Shown piece by piece: positions 18,416-28,971 of a stretch of DNA of 64,000 nucleotides. The notes under the pieces were generated by a model. That model was not told the origin of the DNA. It searched no databases and worked only from the letters and a program-made list of their open reading frames with translations. The DNA is from an uncultured Gemmatimonadaceae bacterium (GTDB taxonomy: Bacteria > Gemmatimonadota > Gemmatimonadetes > Gemmatimonadales > Gemmatimonadaceae). The translations under genes were made by a program, and so were the position numbers. Every line of letters begins with the position of its first letter. Position 1 is the stretch's first letter. The stretch spans positions 320,001 to 384,000 of the forward strand of contig CAWGJO010000020.1 in assembly GCA_963822945.1 (NCBI GenBank), written 5' to 3'.

Positions 18416-20789
18416 GTGATCCCCCTGCACTCCCACCCCCTCGCACGTCCACGCCGGCTGGGCATCCTCGCGCTCGCCGCGGTACTCGTCCCGTGCGCCA
18501 GGCTCGGCGCGCAGGTGGATTACCACCGCGCCGAACAGGCGCTGACGTGGAACGAGCTGCGGCTGGTGTACGGGGACTACATCGCGCCGCAGTGGATGCG
18601 CGACGGCTCGCGCTTCTGGTACCGCGTGCACACGCGGGCGGGATGGGCGTTCATGCTCGAGGATCCCGCGCACCTGCGCCGGGCGCCGCTGTTCGACAAC
18701 GCGAGACTCGCGGCGGCCATGTCGTTGGCCGGCGACACGAGCTACGATCCGACCCGGCTGCCGTTCACCACCTTCGATTTCGGCGGTGACGGGCGCGACG
18801 AGGGACACATCGCGTTCCGGGCACACGACAAACGATTCGTCTGCGACATCGTGGGTTATGCCTGCTCGGTGGGCGACACGCTTCCGAGCCGGGTACCCTA
18901 CGTGCGGTCTCCCGACGGCACGCTTGAGGCTTTCATCCGCGGGCACAACGTGTACGTCCGCACCGTCGGGAGTTCCGACTCGACGGCGCTCACGAGCGAC
19001 GGCGAGAACCTGTTCGGCTACGGCTACGCGGCGATGCGGCCTACCCAGGAGATCCACCCGACGCCGCAACGGCCCACGCTGCAGTGGTCGCCCGACTCCA
19101 AGCGGATTGCGGTGGCCCGATTCGACGAACGGCACGTGTTGACGATGCCGCTGATCTCGATGACGTCGCAGCGCCCGAAGCTGTACACCTACCCATACGC
19201 GCTTCCCGGCGATTCCGTGATCCCGCGCTTCGACATTCACCTGCTCGACGTCGCGGCGCGCACCGACGTGCGGGTGGACGTGCCGCCGCAGAATGCACAG
19301 GACAACGGGCTCACCGGCATGCAGGACTCGAGCTGGATCAGCGTGAAGTGGAGTCCCGACTCGCGCCATCTCTACTTCACGTACGCCGACCGCGGCCCCA
19401 AGCACGTGCAGTTGATGGAGGCCGACGCGTCGACCGGCCGCGCCACCTCGCTGTTCACGGATTCCAGCCGCACCTACGTCGAGTTGAACCTCGAATCGGG
19501 CGGCGCCCCGAACTGGACACCGGTGGATGCCGGCCGCGACGTGATCTGGTTCTCGGAGCGCGACGGCTGGGGCCACCTGTATCTCCTCGACGCGCATGGC
19601 GCGCTGGAGCACCGCCTCACGCCGGGCGCGTGGACGGTGGGCGACCTGGTGCACGTCGACTCCGTCGGCCGGTGGGTGTACTTCACCGCACGGGGCCGAG
19701 AGGCTGGGGACCCGTACTACGCGCGGCTCTATCGCGTGCATCTCGACGGCAGCGCGCTGCAGCTGCTGACGCCGGAGGCGGCCGACCACACGGTGCGCAT
19801 GACGCCGTCCGGCCGCTACATCGTGGACACCTATTCCACCGTCCGGCGGGCGCCGGTCACGGTGCTGCGCACGCCGGACGGCAAGGTGGTGCAGACGCTG
19901 GAGACGGCCGACATCAGCGACCTGCTCGCCTCCGGATGGCGCTATCCGGTGCCGTTCACGGTGAAGGCGCGCGACGGCGTGACCGATCTGTACGGCGTGA
20001 TGTTCCTGCCCGCCGACTTCGACTCGACGAAGCGCTACCCGGTCATCGACCACATCTATCCCGGCCCGCAGATCATCGCCGCCCCGAAGAGCTTCTATCC
20101 CACGAGTTCGCCGGCGCTCGAATACTCGCTCAATGGGGCAGGTCGAGGCGCTGGCCCAACTGGGATTCGTCGTCGTCGAAGTCGACGCCATGGGCACGAA
20201 CCTCCGGTCGAAGGCCTATCACGACACGTGGTACGCCGACATGCACGACAACGGCATTCCGGATCACGTGACGGCCATCAAGCAGCTGGCGGTGCGGTAC
20301 CCGTTTCTCGATCTCGATCGCGTGGGCATCTACGGCCACTCGGGCGGCGGCTTCGCCTCCACCGACGCCATGCTCAGCTACCCGGACTTCTACAAGGTGG
20401 CCGTATCGAGTTCCGGCAATCACGACAACCGCAGCTACTACTACGGCTGGGCGGAGCGGTACCAGGGGCTGCTGGTGCGCGACACCGCCCGCCACACCGA
20501 CAACTACGCGAGCGCCGCCAACAAGTCCTACGTGAAGAATCTCAAGGGGAAGCTGTTCCTCATTCACGGGGACATGGACGACAACGTCCATCCAGCGAAC
20601 ACCATCCAGATGGTGGATGCGCTGATCAAGGCGAACAAGTCGTTCGACCTCCTGATTTACCCCGACCGCAATCACGGCATCACGCAGGAACCGTATCTCA
20701 TCCGTCGGACGTGGGACTACTTCGTCCAGAATCTGCTGGGGGCCACCCCGCCCCACGACTATGACATCGCGCCACCGCCGGCGCGGTGA
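18416..20789 (+). CDS. Secreted S9B dipeptidyl peptidase IV-like protein; apparent frameshift near 20132
   Basis: Signal peptide; WFSERDGWGHLY; IYPGPQ; catalytic GHSGGG, DDNV and NHG in ORF 20133..20789. Confidence 0.88.
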
Positions 20790-21106
20790 ACGGCATGCTC
20801 GGATGCTGCAATCGTTCTGTTCGCTTTTCGACCACGTGGAATTTCGCGGTGACGCGAGAGGCCGTTTGTTGAGTTGAGTCATTGTTCCGCGATCGCGGTC
20901 GTCCAACGCCGCGTGGTGCGGAACCCCGATTGAATGAAGCTCCAGCGCATCGGCTGCCCCGTGTGTGCGCCGCGCTGGAATACCCTACGCAGCTCCCCTC
21001 CCTAATCGAGTTCATCGGCGCGCCGTTGCGGCGCCGTGCAGTGCGGCCGATGGCCGCTTGGCAGTCATCCTTCCCACCCCTACCCTGGCCCGGGGGACCC
21101 TTCCCT

Positions 21107-24025
21107 ATGGATCGACTTCGCTCCACCCTGCGGCTGCGCGTGACATCGGCCTGGCTCGTATGTGCCGGCGTCATCGCAGCACTCACCGCCGTACCACTCG
21201 CCACCGCGTCCGCGCAGGGCGGTGGCATGGTGGTTGGCACCGTGACCGATCGCGGTACTGGACAGCCGCTGCAAGGCGCCAGCGTTCTCGTCGCGGGAAC
21301 GCAGCTCGGCGCGACCACCGACGGACGCGGACATTACGTCATCCGCGGCGCGAGCGGCCAGGTGACCGTGCACGTGCAGCGCATCGGGTTCCGGCCGGCC
21401 TCGAAGGTCGTGCAGGTGCCCGCCGGCGATTCCGTCGCCGCCGACTTCAGCTTGTCGGTGAGCGCGGTGCAACTCACCCAGGTTGTGACGACCGGAACGG
21501 GCGGCGCCGTCTCCAAGCGAGAATTGGGCGCCCCGCTGGCAATCGTCGACGTGGCGCAGATCCAGGCCGTCAAACCGTCCAACGACATGACGCAGGTGCT
21601 GGAGGGCCAGGTGGCCGGCCTGCGGTCGGTGAGCGTCGGCGGCGGGGTCGGCGGCGCCATGGACCTGCGCATTCGCGGTGTGTCGAGCTTCACGCTCGAC
21701 CAGCGCCCGGTGGTGTACATCGACGGCGTCAAGGTCGACAATCGCGCCACCGACTGGACCGCCAGCCTGGGGAACCAGGGCTGCTGCAACTTCAACGGCG
21801 GCGTGGGTGAGGATCGCCTCTCCGACCTCAATCCCAACGACATCGATCACATCGAAGTGCTGAAGGGCGCGGCGGCGGCCACGCTGTACGGCTCCGACGC
21901 ATCCAACGGCGTCATTCAGATCTTCACCAAGCACGGGCAGAACGACAGCCCGCCGCAGTGGACGATCGGCGCCGGGGTGGGCTTCGATCGGCAGCGTCCG
22001 AACTATCCGACGAAGCTCTACCCGAACTTCACCGGGCCCGACGGCACGCGCGCGCTCGACATGAACAAGACGCTCATCAAGAGCGGCCCCTACGGCTCCT
22101 ACGACATCCAGGTGCGCGGCGGCGCCAAGCAGGCCACCTACTTCGTGTCGGGTGCCTACTCCGACGAGGTGGGCAGCATCCAGCCCAACGACGAGAAGCG
22201 CGGCAACCTGCGCGTCAACGTCACCTGGGACGCGAACACCAAGTGGAAGTTCGCGGTCCGCTCGGCGTTCGATCACAACATGATCAACTCGCTCCAGTCC
22301 GGGAACAACTGGACGTCGCTCACCGGCAACGCGTCCAACGGCGACCCGCGGCAGGCGACGGCGCTGCGCCCCTACGGCGAGGCCTGGGTATCGGTGAAGG
22401 ACATCCAGACGATGACGTCGTACAACTCCGCCAACCACTGGACGGGTGGCCTGACGGTCAACTACCAGCCATTCGAGCACTTCCAGAACCGCCTCACGCT
22501 GGGCAGCGACATGGTCGGCGAAGCGAAAGTCCGCTTCTTCCCGCCCGACGGAAACTTCAGCAGCGCGTACGTGAACAACGGCGAGAAGGACGACGATTAC
22601 CGGAATCAGACCATCTACACCGCCGACTACCTCGGCCAGATCTCGTTCAAGCTGCCGTTCGGGATCGGATCGGACTTCGCGTTCGGCGGCCAGGGCTACT
22701 ACGACACCGAGTGGCTCAGCGCGGCGATCGGAAAAGTGTTCGCCGGCCCGGGCGTGTCGACCGTCTCCTCGGCGTCGCAGACCTTCGGCGGCGAGATCTA
22801 CACGCACCAGGTCAACCTGGGCGGGCTCGTCCAGGACCGTTTCTCGTACGGCGGCCGCCTGTACACCACGGTCGGCCTGCGCATCGACGGGAACAGCGCG
22901 TTCGGCAAGAACTACGGCTTCCAGAAGTACCCGAAGATCGACGTCGCGTACAATCTCGACGGCTACAAGTGGCTGCCGAGCTGGATCAACAGCTTCAAGC
23001 TGCGCGGCGCCATCGGCAAGGCGGGCAAGGCCCCCGGCCCGTACGACGCCTTCCTGACGCTGGCGCCGGGCGCCGTGTTCACCAACACGCCGTCGCTCAC
23101 GCCGTCCAGCCCGGGCAACCTCGATCTCAAGCCCGAGGTGACCACGGAAATCGACGCCGGCTTCGACGCCGGGTTCTTCCACGACCGGCTCGGCCTGTCG
23201 GGCTCGATCTTCCGGTCGGGCACCAACGACGCGATCCTCGCCATCCCCCTCGCGCCCAGCCAGGGCTTCTCGCAGGCCCAGCGGCAGAACGTGGGCGGCA
23301 TCGTCAACCACGGGTGGGACTTCAGCATCAACTGGGTGACCATCGATCGCAACGATCTCCAGTTCAGCAACGACATCAAGCTCGACGGCAATCACAACAA
23401 GATCACCGATCTCGGTACCGCTACACCGACCACGTCGGTGCGGGTAGGCTACCCCGTGGGAGGTGTGTGGGCCGTGGCACCCAAGTCGTATGACGCAGGC
23501 ACCAAGACCTGGGTGTCCACGGATACGGCGGTGTACTTCGGGCCACCGATGCCGACCTTCAACTTCTCGTACAGCCCGACGGTCCGGTTCAAGGCGTTCC
23601 AGGCCTACCTGCTGGTTACGGCCGCGCGCGGCGCGATGTTCAACAACGGTGACCGTCCGTACCGCTTCCGTGAGCACACGGGCGACGAGTACCTCAAGCT
23701 GCTCGGACCCGGCGGCGCCGACACGCCGGCGGCGGACTCCACGGTTGCCCTGTGGTCGCGGTTCACCGACATCGAGTCCCGTGACAACGTCGAGTTGCGC
23801 GAGATCTCGGTGGCGTGGAGCGTGCCCCGGTCACTGTCCGCATTCGCCCGGCTGGGCGAGACCTCGGTGACGTTCAGCGTCCACAACGTGATGTGGTGGG
23901 ACCACTGCGCGTGCCAGGACCCGTACACCAACTGGGCCGGCGCATCCGCATTCAACGTCGCCTCGGCGTTCCTCACCGACCCGGCGCCACGTCAATTCCG
24001 ACTCACCATTCGAAGCCGATACTAG
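21107..24025 (+). CDS. SusC/RagA-like TonB-dependent receptor
   Basis: N-terminal CarboxypepD_reg-like domain; VVTTGTG; LRIRG; plug motif LNPNDIDHIEVLKGAAAATLYGSDASNGVIQIFTK; GNLDLKPEVT; C-terminal aromatic residue. Confidence 0.92.
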   Translation: MDRLRSTLRLRVTSAWLVCAGVIAALTAVPLATASAQGGGMVVGTVTDRGTGQPLQGASVLVAGTQLGATTDGRGHYVIRGASGQVTVHVQRIGFRPASKVVQVPAGDSVAADFSLSVSAVQLTQVVTTGTGGAVSKRELGAPLAIVDVAQIQAVKPSNDMTQVLEGQVAGLRSVSVGGGVGGAMDLRIRGVSSFTLDQRPVVYIDGVKVDNRATDWTASLGNQGCCNFNGGVGEDRLSDLNPNDIDHIEVLKGAAAATLYGSDASNGVIQIFTKHGQNDSPPQWTIGAGVGFDRQRPNYPTKLYPNFTGPDGTRALDMNKTLIKSGPYGSYDIQVRGGAKQATYFVSGAYSDEVGSIQPNDEKRGNLRVNVTWDANTKWKFAVRSAFDHNMINSLQSGNNWTSLTGNASNGDPRQATALRPYGEAWVSVKDIQTMTSYNSANHWTGGLTVNYQPFEHFQNRLTLGSDMVGEAKVRFFPPDGNFSSAYVNNGEKDDDYRNQTIYTADYLGQISFKLPFGIGSDFAFGGQGYYDTEWLSAAIGKVFAGPGVSTVSSASQTFGGEIYTHQVNLGGLVQDRFSYGGRLYTTVGLRIDGNSAFGKNYGFQKYPKIDVAYNLDGYKWLPSWINSFKLRGAIGKAGKAPGPYDAFLTLAPGAVFTNTPSLTPSSPGNLDLKPEVTTEIDAGFDAGFFHDRLGLSGSIFRSGTNDAILAIPLAPSQGFSQAQRQNVGGIVNHGWDFSINWVTIDRNDLQFSNDIKLDGNHNKITDLGTATPTTSVRVGYPVGGVWAVAPKSYDAGTKTWVSTDTAVYFGPPMPTFNFSYSPTVRFKAFQAYLLVTAARGAMFNNGDRPYRFREHTGDEYLKLLGPGGADTPAADSTVALWSRFTDIESRDNVELREISVAWSVPRSLSAFARLGETSVTFSVHNVMWWDHCACQDPYTNWAGASAFNVASAFLTDPAPRQFRLTIRSRY

Positions 24026-24094
24026 CCTCGCGTCTGCCGGCCACCGAGGGCAGGCGGCCGGCGCGCGCGACCTTCACACTTGGAGATACCGATT

Positions 24095-25435
24095 ATGCAT
24101 GGTCTGTTCAGCCGCGGGGCGCGATTGGCGGGATGCGCACTGGCCGCGGTGTCGGTGGTGCTGGTAACGGCATGCCGCGACATCCTGCAGGTCCAGAACC
24201 CGCAAGCGTTCACCAGTGAAGCTGCCAACAATCCCAAACTGCTCCCGGCCGTTGCGGCGGGGGCCGAGGGTCAGTTCCAGTTGTCGATCGCGACGTTCGC
24301 GATCATGACCGGTATGCTCTCGGACGAACTGCAGAACTCGAGTACCTGGATCGATTGGAAACAGGTATCCGACGGCACGATCACCAAGAACTGGCCCACC
24401 GCCGGCGCGTTCAGCGGCGCACAGGACAACCTGCTCCGCGCGCGGTACGACGCCATCTCGGCGGCGGAGCGGTTCGAGTCGGTCATGGGTGACACGGCCA
24501 AGACCAGTCCGTTGTTCATCCAGGTCGAGATCTCGCGGGCGTGGGATGACCTGGAACTGGCAATGGGTTTCTGTGAATCCCCGCCCAGCCCGGGCGTGCC
24601 CGCAGTCTCGGATGCCGCCATGTTTCAGCAGGCGGCGGACAGCCTGAAGGCGCTGCTCCCGATGATCCAGGCCGCACACTTTCAGACCGCGGCCGAACGA
24701 CAGGACCGGCTGAATCTCGCCAATGCCGGATTGGCCCGGGCCAGTCTCATGCTCGGCAACTACGCCGACGCGGACACGTACGCCGCTGCCGTTCCCGCGG
24801 GATACGAGTACGATGCGATCTATTCGACCAACAGCGGATCGCAGAACAACAACATGACGGTCCAGGGCACCTTCACGAACAACCGGTCCTACACCATCCG
24901 CAGCATCTGGGACCAGTACGTGGATACGCTCACCGGCTTCATGCGCGATCCGCTCAGCGGCCAGGACGACCCCCGCATCCCGCTGGGGCACGACAACAAC
25001 AACGCCACCGGGAAGTGGTACGGCGCCGACGGCATCTCGCCGTTCTACAGCATGACCAAGTACATCAACCTCAATTCGCCGATCCCGATCACGAACAAGG
25101 CCGAGATGAATCTGATCCAGGCCGAAGTGGCATGGCACAACACCGACTACACGACGGCCGTGACCGACATGAACATCAACCGCACCGCCGTCGGTCTCCC
25201 GGCGCTGGTCGTGCCGGCCACGAACCAGCAGCAGGGCGTGTTCACCATGCTGCTGCAGGAGCGGTTCGCCACGATGTTCGCCCAGGGCGACCGGTTGCAG
25301 GACATCTACCGGTTCGGTCTCATGGCAACCCGCGTCGGGACCGGACGCCCCTTGAAGCTGCCCCTGTCGTACAACGAGGCACACAACAACCAATCCATCG
25401 GGCCCGGCGGAGGTAAGTGCCCCGATGTGAGCTGA
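24095..25435 (+). CDS. RagB/SusD-like nutrient-binding lipoprotein
   Basis: Lipobox VTAC, LQVQNP, GMLSDE, ANAGLARA, EMNLIQAE, ERFATMFAQGDRLQD; directly follows the SusC-like gene. Confidence 0.85.
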   Translation: MHGLFSRGARLAGCALAAVSVVLVTACRDILQVQNPQAFTSEAANNPKLLPAVAAGAEGQFQLSIATFAIMTGMLSDELQNSSTWIDWKQVSDGTITKNWPTAGAFSGAQDNLLRARYDAISAAERFESVMGDTAKTSPLFIQVEISRAWDDLELAMGFCESPPSPGVPAVSDAAMFQQAADSLKALLPMIQAAHFQTAAERQDRLNLANAGLARASLMLGNYADADTYAAAVPAGYEYDAIYSTNSGSQNNNMTVQGTFTNNRSYTIRSIWDQYVDTLTGFMRDPLSGQDDPRIPLGHDNNNATGKWYGADGISPFYSMTKYINLNSPIPITNKAEMNLIQAEVAWHNTDYTTAVTDMNINRTAVGLPALVVPATNQQQGVFTMLLQERFATMFAQGDRLQDIYRFGLMATRVGTGRPLKLPLSYNEAHNNQSIGPGGGKCPDVS

Positions 25436-25468
25436 GCCGCAAGTGCAAGTGCCGTGAAATGTCGGGCG

Positions 25469-25501
25469 CAACCGGGGTGGGCCGTCGGCCCGCCCCGGTT
25501 G
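25469..25501 (+). terminator. Hairpin after the susD-like gene (terminator or mRNA-stabilising stem)
   Basis: 15-bp stem CAACCGGGGTGGGCC / GGCCCGCCCCGGTTG (one G-U), 3-nt loop, followed by a pyrimidine run. Confidence 0.6.
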
Positions 25502-25539
25502 TTCCCTTCCCCACACCCTCCGCGCGACGCACCGTCCCC

Positions 25540-26268
25540 ATGACGCGACCCGAAACGCCTGCCATCATCCTGCCCCATGCCCCGGCGCTCATCACGCGCC
25601 GCGCGTTCATTCACAAAGTCGGATCGACGGCGGCCATCCTCACCGCTGCCACGCTCCTCGGCGACTGCGGCGGCGGCCTGACCAGCCCGGCCGACAACAC
25701 ACCCAAGGGGTCGGTCAAGGGCACGGTCGTCGACCTGCAGGGCAACCCGCAGGCCATCGGGCGTGTCTTTCTGCTCACCGACAGCGGCCTGAACAACGGC
25801 CTGTATGCGGACGTCGACGCCGCCGGGGCGTTCGACCTCGGCGCGGTGGACATCGGGGCCCATCAGGTCCGCTACTGGGGCGGCAACCAGGCCGACGTCC
25901 CGGAAACCTTCGACAACCCCGTCCGCATCACGGTCGCCGCCAACCAGACGGTCACCGTCGACTTCCACATCCAACTCGGCGGCCTCAGCGGCAGCGACCG
26001 CGAGATCTACGCCGGCGACTTCTTCTACCAGGAACAGCCCACCGGATTGCCCAACGCCACCGTCGTCGTGCCACTCGGCACCGGGGTGTGCTGGTACAAC
26101 GTGGGCCGACACACGCACACCGTCACCGGCGGTCCCTGGGGCGACTCGGGTGACATCGCGCCACTCGGCAACTTCATGTGGACCAGCGATCAGGTGGGCA
26201 CCTTCCCGTACCGTTGCACCTATCACAGCCCCGACATGCAGGCGACGCTCCAGGTCGTGCCGGCCTGA
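25540..26268 (+). CDS. Exported cupredoxin (plastocyanin/azurin-like) domain protein
   Basis: Tat-like TRRAFI and lipobox-like LGDC; type-1 copper ligands HTVT...YRCTYHSPDM. Confidence 0.8.
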   Translation: MTRPETPAIILPHAPALITRRAFIHKVGSTAAILTAATLLGDCGGGLTSPADNTPKGSVKGTVVDLQGNPQAIGRVFLLTDSGLNNGLYADVDAAGAFDLGAVDIGAHQVRYWGGNQADVPETFDNPVRITVAANQTVTVDFHIQLGGLSGSDREIYAGDFFYQEQPTGLPNATVVVPLGTGVCWYNVGRHTHTVTGGPWGDSGDIAPLGNFMWTSDQVGTFPYRCTYHSPDMQATLQVVPA

Positions 26269-26327
26269 ACGGCCGCACCCCAGCGTCGTTCCGCATGATG
26301 CTTCCATCCGCTCGGAGGAGCGTGAAC

Positions 26328-28949
26328 ATGACAGGTCCCGGAATCTCCGCCACCGTCCGTCTCTGGGCCGGTGCGCTCTTTGCCGCTGCCGTGCCCGCCG
26401 GTCACGCGACCCGCGTGTCGCAGTGGCTCGTGCTGGGTCCCGTGCCGGCGGTGGCGCCGGCGTTTGGGGCCTCGAGCGACTCGGTGTTGCTCGCCTCCGG
26501 GCGCGTGTCCCTCGCGCACGGCTGGCCCGCCGCCGGCGACGCGGAGCAGTGGCTCGACGGCGCGACGGTCAGTTGGCAGGCGCAGAACGCCGCCGCGGGG
26601 ACGCTCCGCCTGGCCGTCACCGCACCGTCGTTGGCGTTCGCCGTGACCTACCTCGACGCCGATCGATGGACGGAAGCGAAGATCACCGTATCGGGCGGCG
26701 CCGCGCGGCGGGTCACGGTGGACGGCCGCCCGGTGGCGGCTGGCCCCGTGGCGCTGGAACGTGGCAAGCACGTGCTGTTCGTGGAGGCGGTGCTGCGGCC
26801 CGGCGCCGGATCGGGGCTCACGGCCAGCGTGGAGCCGACGACACCCGGGGCCCGCATCACCACCGGCGTCGATCCGCGACACGCGGCCTCGCTGCGCGAG
26901 TTGATGTCCACCACCGACGTCACCGGCATCGCCGTCGCCGCCGCCGGCAATCGCGTGGCGTGGATCGCCCGCCGCGTGGACGAGGTCAACGACGACGCGG
27001 CGACCGTGCTCGAAATCCACGACCTCATCTCGGGCCGGCTGCTGGGCCAGGTACACGGACGCGGACTCGCGGCGGCGCGCTGGTCGCGCGACGGGAGCGC
27101 GCTGGCATACGAATCGGCGACCGACGAGAAGGGCGGCTCGGGCCGCGACCTCTGGCTCTACGATCCGGCTACCAACCAGAGCCGGCGCGTGCTCCGGAAC
27201 GAGCACGGCCTCGGCACCGTGGACTGGTCGCCCGACGGCCGCTGGATCTACTTCTCGGCGGCCCGGCATGTCGGCGAAGCCGAGCAGTACAAGCCGGGCG
27301 ACCTCCAGCGGCTCACGCAGGTGTGGGACCGGTGGTCGTTCTATCCGGAGAAGGCGCAGCTGTTCGCGCTCGACACGCAGGCCGGAACGATCGTGCAACT
27401 GCTTGGCGACACGCTCACCTCCGCCGAAGCGCCAACCGTGTCTCCCGACGGGAACGCCATCGTGTTCGCCCGGAGCGTGCGCACCGACTCCGCACCGCCC
27501 TGGCTGCGCGCTCAACTGTGGGTCCTGAACCTGCGTGATCGGAGCGTGCACAAGCTGCTCGACCTGCCACACGAAGCATTCGGCGCGCCCACCGCGTTCG
27601 CCTGGTCGCCCGACGGCAAGGCGGTGGCCTTCTGCGCCAGCGCCGAGGAATTGCAGGCGCACCCCGCGAAGACGTTCAGCGTATACGAGTCGGAGCTGTA
27701 CGCCACCACCGTGGGGCATCCGTCGCTCGTGCACCTGAGCGCCGGCTTCGTGCCCGCCGTGACGTGCAGCCGTCCGCTGTACTGGAGCGCGGCGGACGGG
27801 CGGATCTACGTCACGGCCGACGACGGGGCGCAGACGATTCCGGCGCGCACGTCGGCCCCGGTGCCGAGCACGCTCGACCAGCAGCCGCCGCTCGAAGCCG
27901 TGGCGATGCCGGGCAACAACATCGTCGCCTACGACTTCGCCGGGAACAACCTGGTGGCCGCCATCGAGACGCCCGTGTCACCGTCGGTCGTGTATCGAAT
28001 TCCGCTCGCCGGCGGGGCGGCCGTGGCCATCGCCAATCCGTCGAGCGACGTGCTCACGTCGTCCATCGAACTCCCGACCTGGCACCCCTGGAGCTTCACC
28101 GACAGCCACGGCACGAAGATCGAGTCGTGGTACTGGCTCCCGCCCGGCTTCGATTCCACGAAGACGTACCCGATGATCGTGCACTACTACGGCGGCACCC
28201 TGCCGATGAAGGAGACGTTCGACGAACGCCTGGTCTGGTTCGCGAACAACGGCTACGTGATCTGGATGTGCAATCCGGCCGGCGCGCCGGGCTACGGGCA
28301 GGCCTTCGCCGACCTGCACATCAACGACTGGGGCTACCCGGCCGGCACCGACATCATCGAGGGCGTGCAACAGTTCGAGAAGACCCACCCGTTCGTGGAC
28401 GCCGCCCATGTGGGCAACTTCGGCCATTCCTACGGCGGGTTCATGACCATGCACATGGCCACCCGCACGTCGCTGTTCGCCACGTCCATCGAGATCTCGG
28501 GCATCAGCAACATCGCCGACTACTGGGGCGTGGGCTGGACGGGGTACAGCTATACGGAGGGTACCTGTCCCTCGTGCTACCCCTGGAACCGGCGCGACGT
28601 CTACGTGAACCGGTCGCCGCTGTTCAACGCCGACAAGATCCACACACCGATGCTGCTGATCCACGGCACATCGGACACCAACGTGCCGGAGAACGAGAGC
28701 GAGCAGATGTTCACGGCGCTTCGTATGCTCGGCCGTGAAGCCGAGTTCGTGCGGGTGTACGGCGAGAACCACGGGATCAATTCCAAGCCGTCGATCACGC
28801 GCCACCTGTACGGCGTGATGCTCGACTGGTACGACCGGTTCCTGCGCCAGGAGCCCTCGGCCTGGACCGCGCGCTGGCGGGACGGCAACCGCGTGGCCGG
28901 CATGCAGGCGGGCGGCACGCCCACGGTGCCCGCTCCCACCATCCACTAA
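26328..28949 (+). CDS. S9 (acylaminoacyl/prolyl oligopeptidase) peptidase with extra N-terminal domain
   Basis: Repeated WSPDG propeller motifs; GHSYGG nucleophile; IHGTSDTNVP; ENHG. Confidence 0.88.
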   Translation: MTGPGISATVRLWAGALFAAAVPAGHATRVSQWLVLGPVPAVAPAFGASSDSVLLASGRVSLAHGWPAAGDAEQWLDGATVSWQAQNAAAGTLRLAVTAPSLAFAVTYLDADRWTEAKITVSGGAARRVTVDGRPVAAGPVALERGKHVLFVEAVLRPGAGSGLTASVEPTTPGARITTGVDPRHAASLRELMSTTDVTGIAVAAAGNRVAWIARRVDEVNDDAATVLEIHDLISGRLLGQVHGRGLAAARWSRDGSALAYESATDEKGGSGRDLWLYDPATNQSRRVLRNEHGLGTVDWSPDGRWIYFSAARHVGEAEQYKPGDLQRLTQVWDRWSFYPEKAQLFALDTQAGTIVQLLGDTLTSAEAPTVSPDGNAIVFARSVRTDSAPPWLRAQLWVLNLRDRSVHKLLDLPHEAFGAPTAFAWSPDGKAVAFCASAEELQAHPAKTFSVYESELYATTVGHPSLVHLSAGFVPAVTCSRPLYWSAADGRIYVTADDGAQTIPARTSAPVPSTLDQQPPLEAVAMPGNNIVAYDFAGNNLVAAIETPVSPSVVYRIPLAGGAAVAIANPSSDVLTSSIELPTWHPWSFTDSHGTKIESWYWLPPGFDSTKTYPMIVHYYGGTLPMKETFDERLVWFANNGYVIWMCNPAGAPGYGQAFADLHINDWGYPAGTDIIEGVQQFEKTHPFVDAAHVGNFGHSYGGFMTMHMATRTSLFATSIEISGISNIADYWGVGWTGYSYTEGTCPSCYPWNRRDVYVNRSPLFNADKIHTPMLLIHGTSDTNVPENESEQMFTALRMLGREAEFVRVYGENHGINSKPSITRHLYGVMLDWYDRFLRQEPSAWTARWRDGNRVAGMQAGGTPTVPAPTIH

Positions 28950-28971
28950 CGCCTACCGGAGACGCATCCAC

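Noticed and set aside
18182..20197. N-terminal 670 aa of the 16745..20197 ORF as part of GH3
   Set aside because: Antisense to the S9B peptidase; the GH3 signal peptide starts at 18181.
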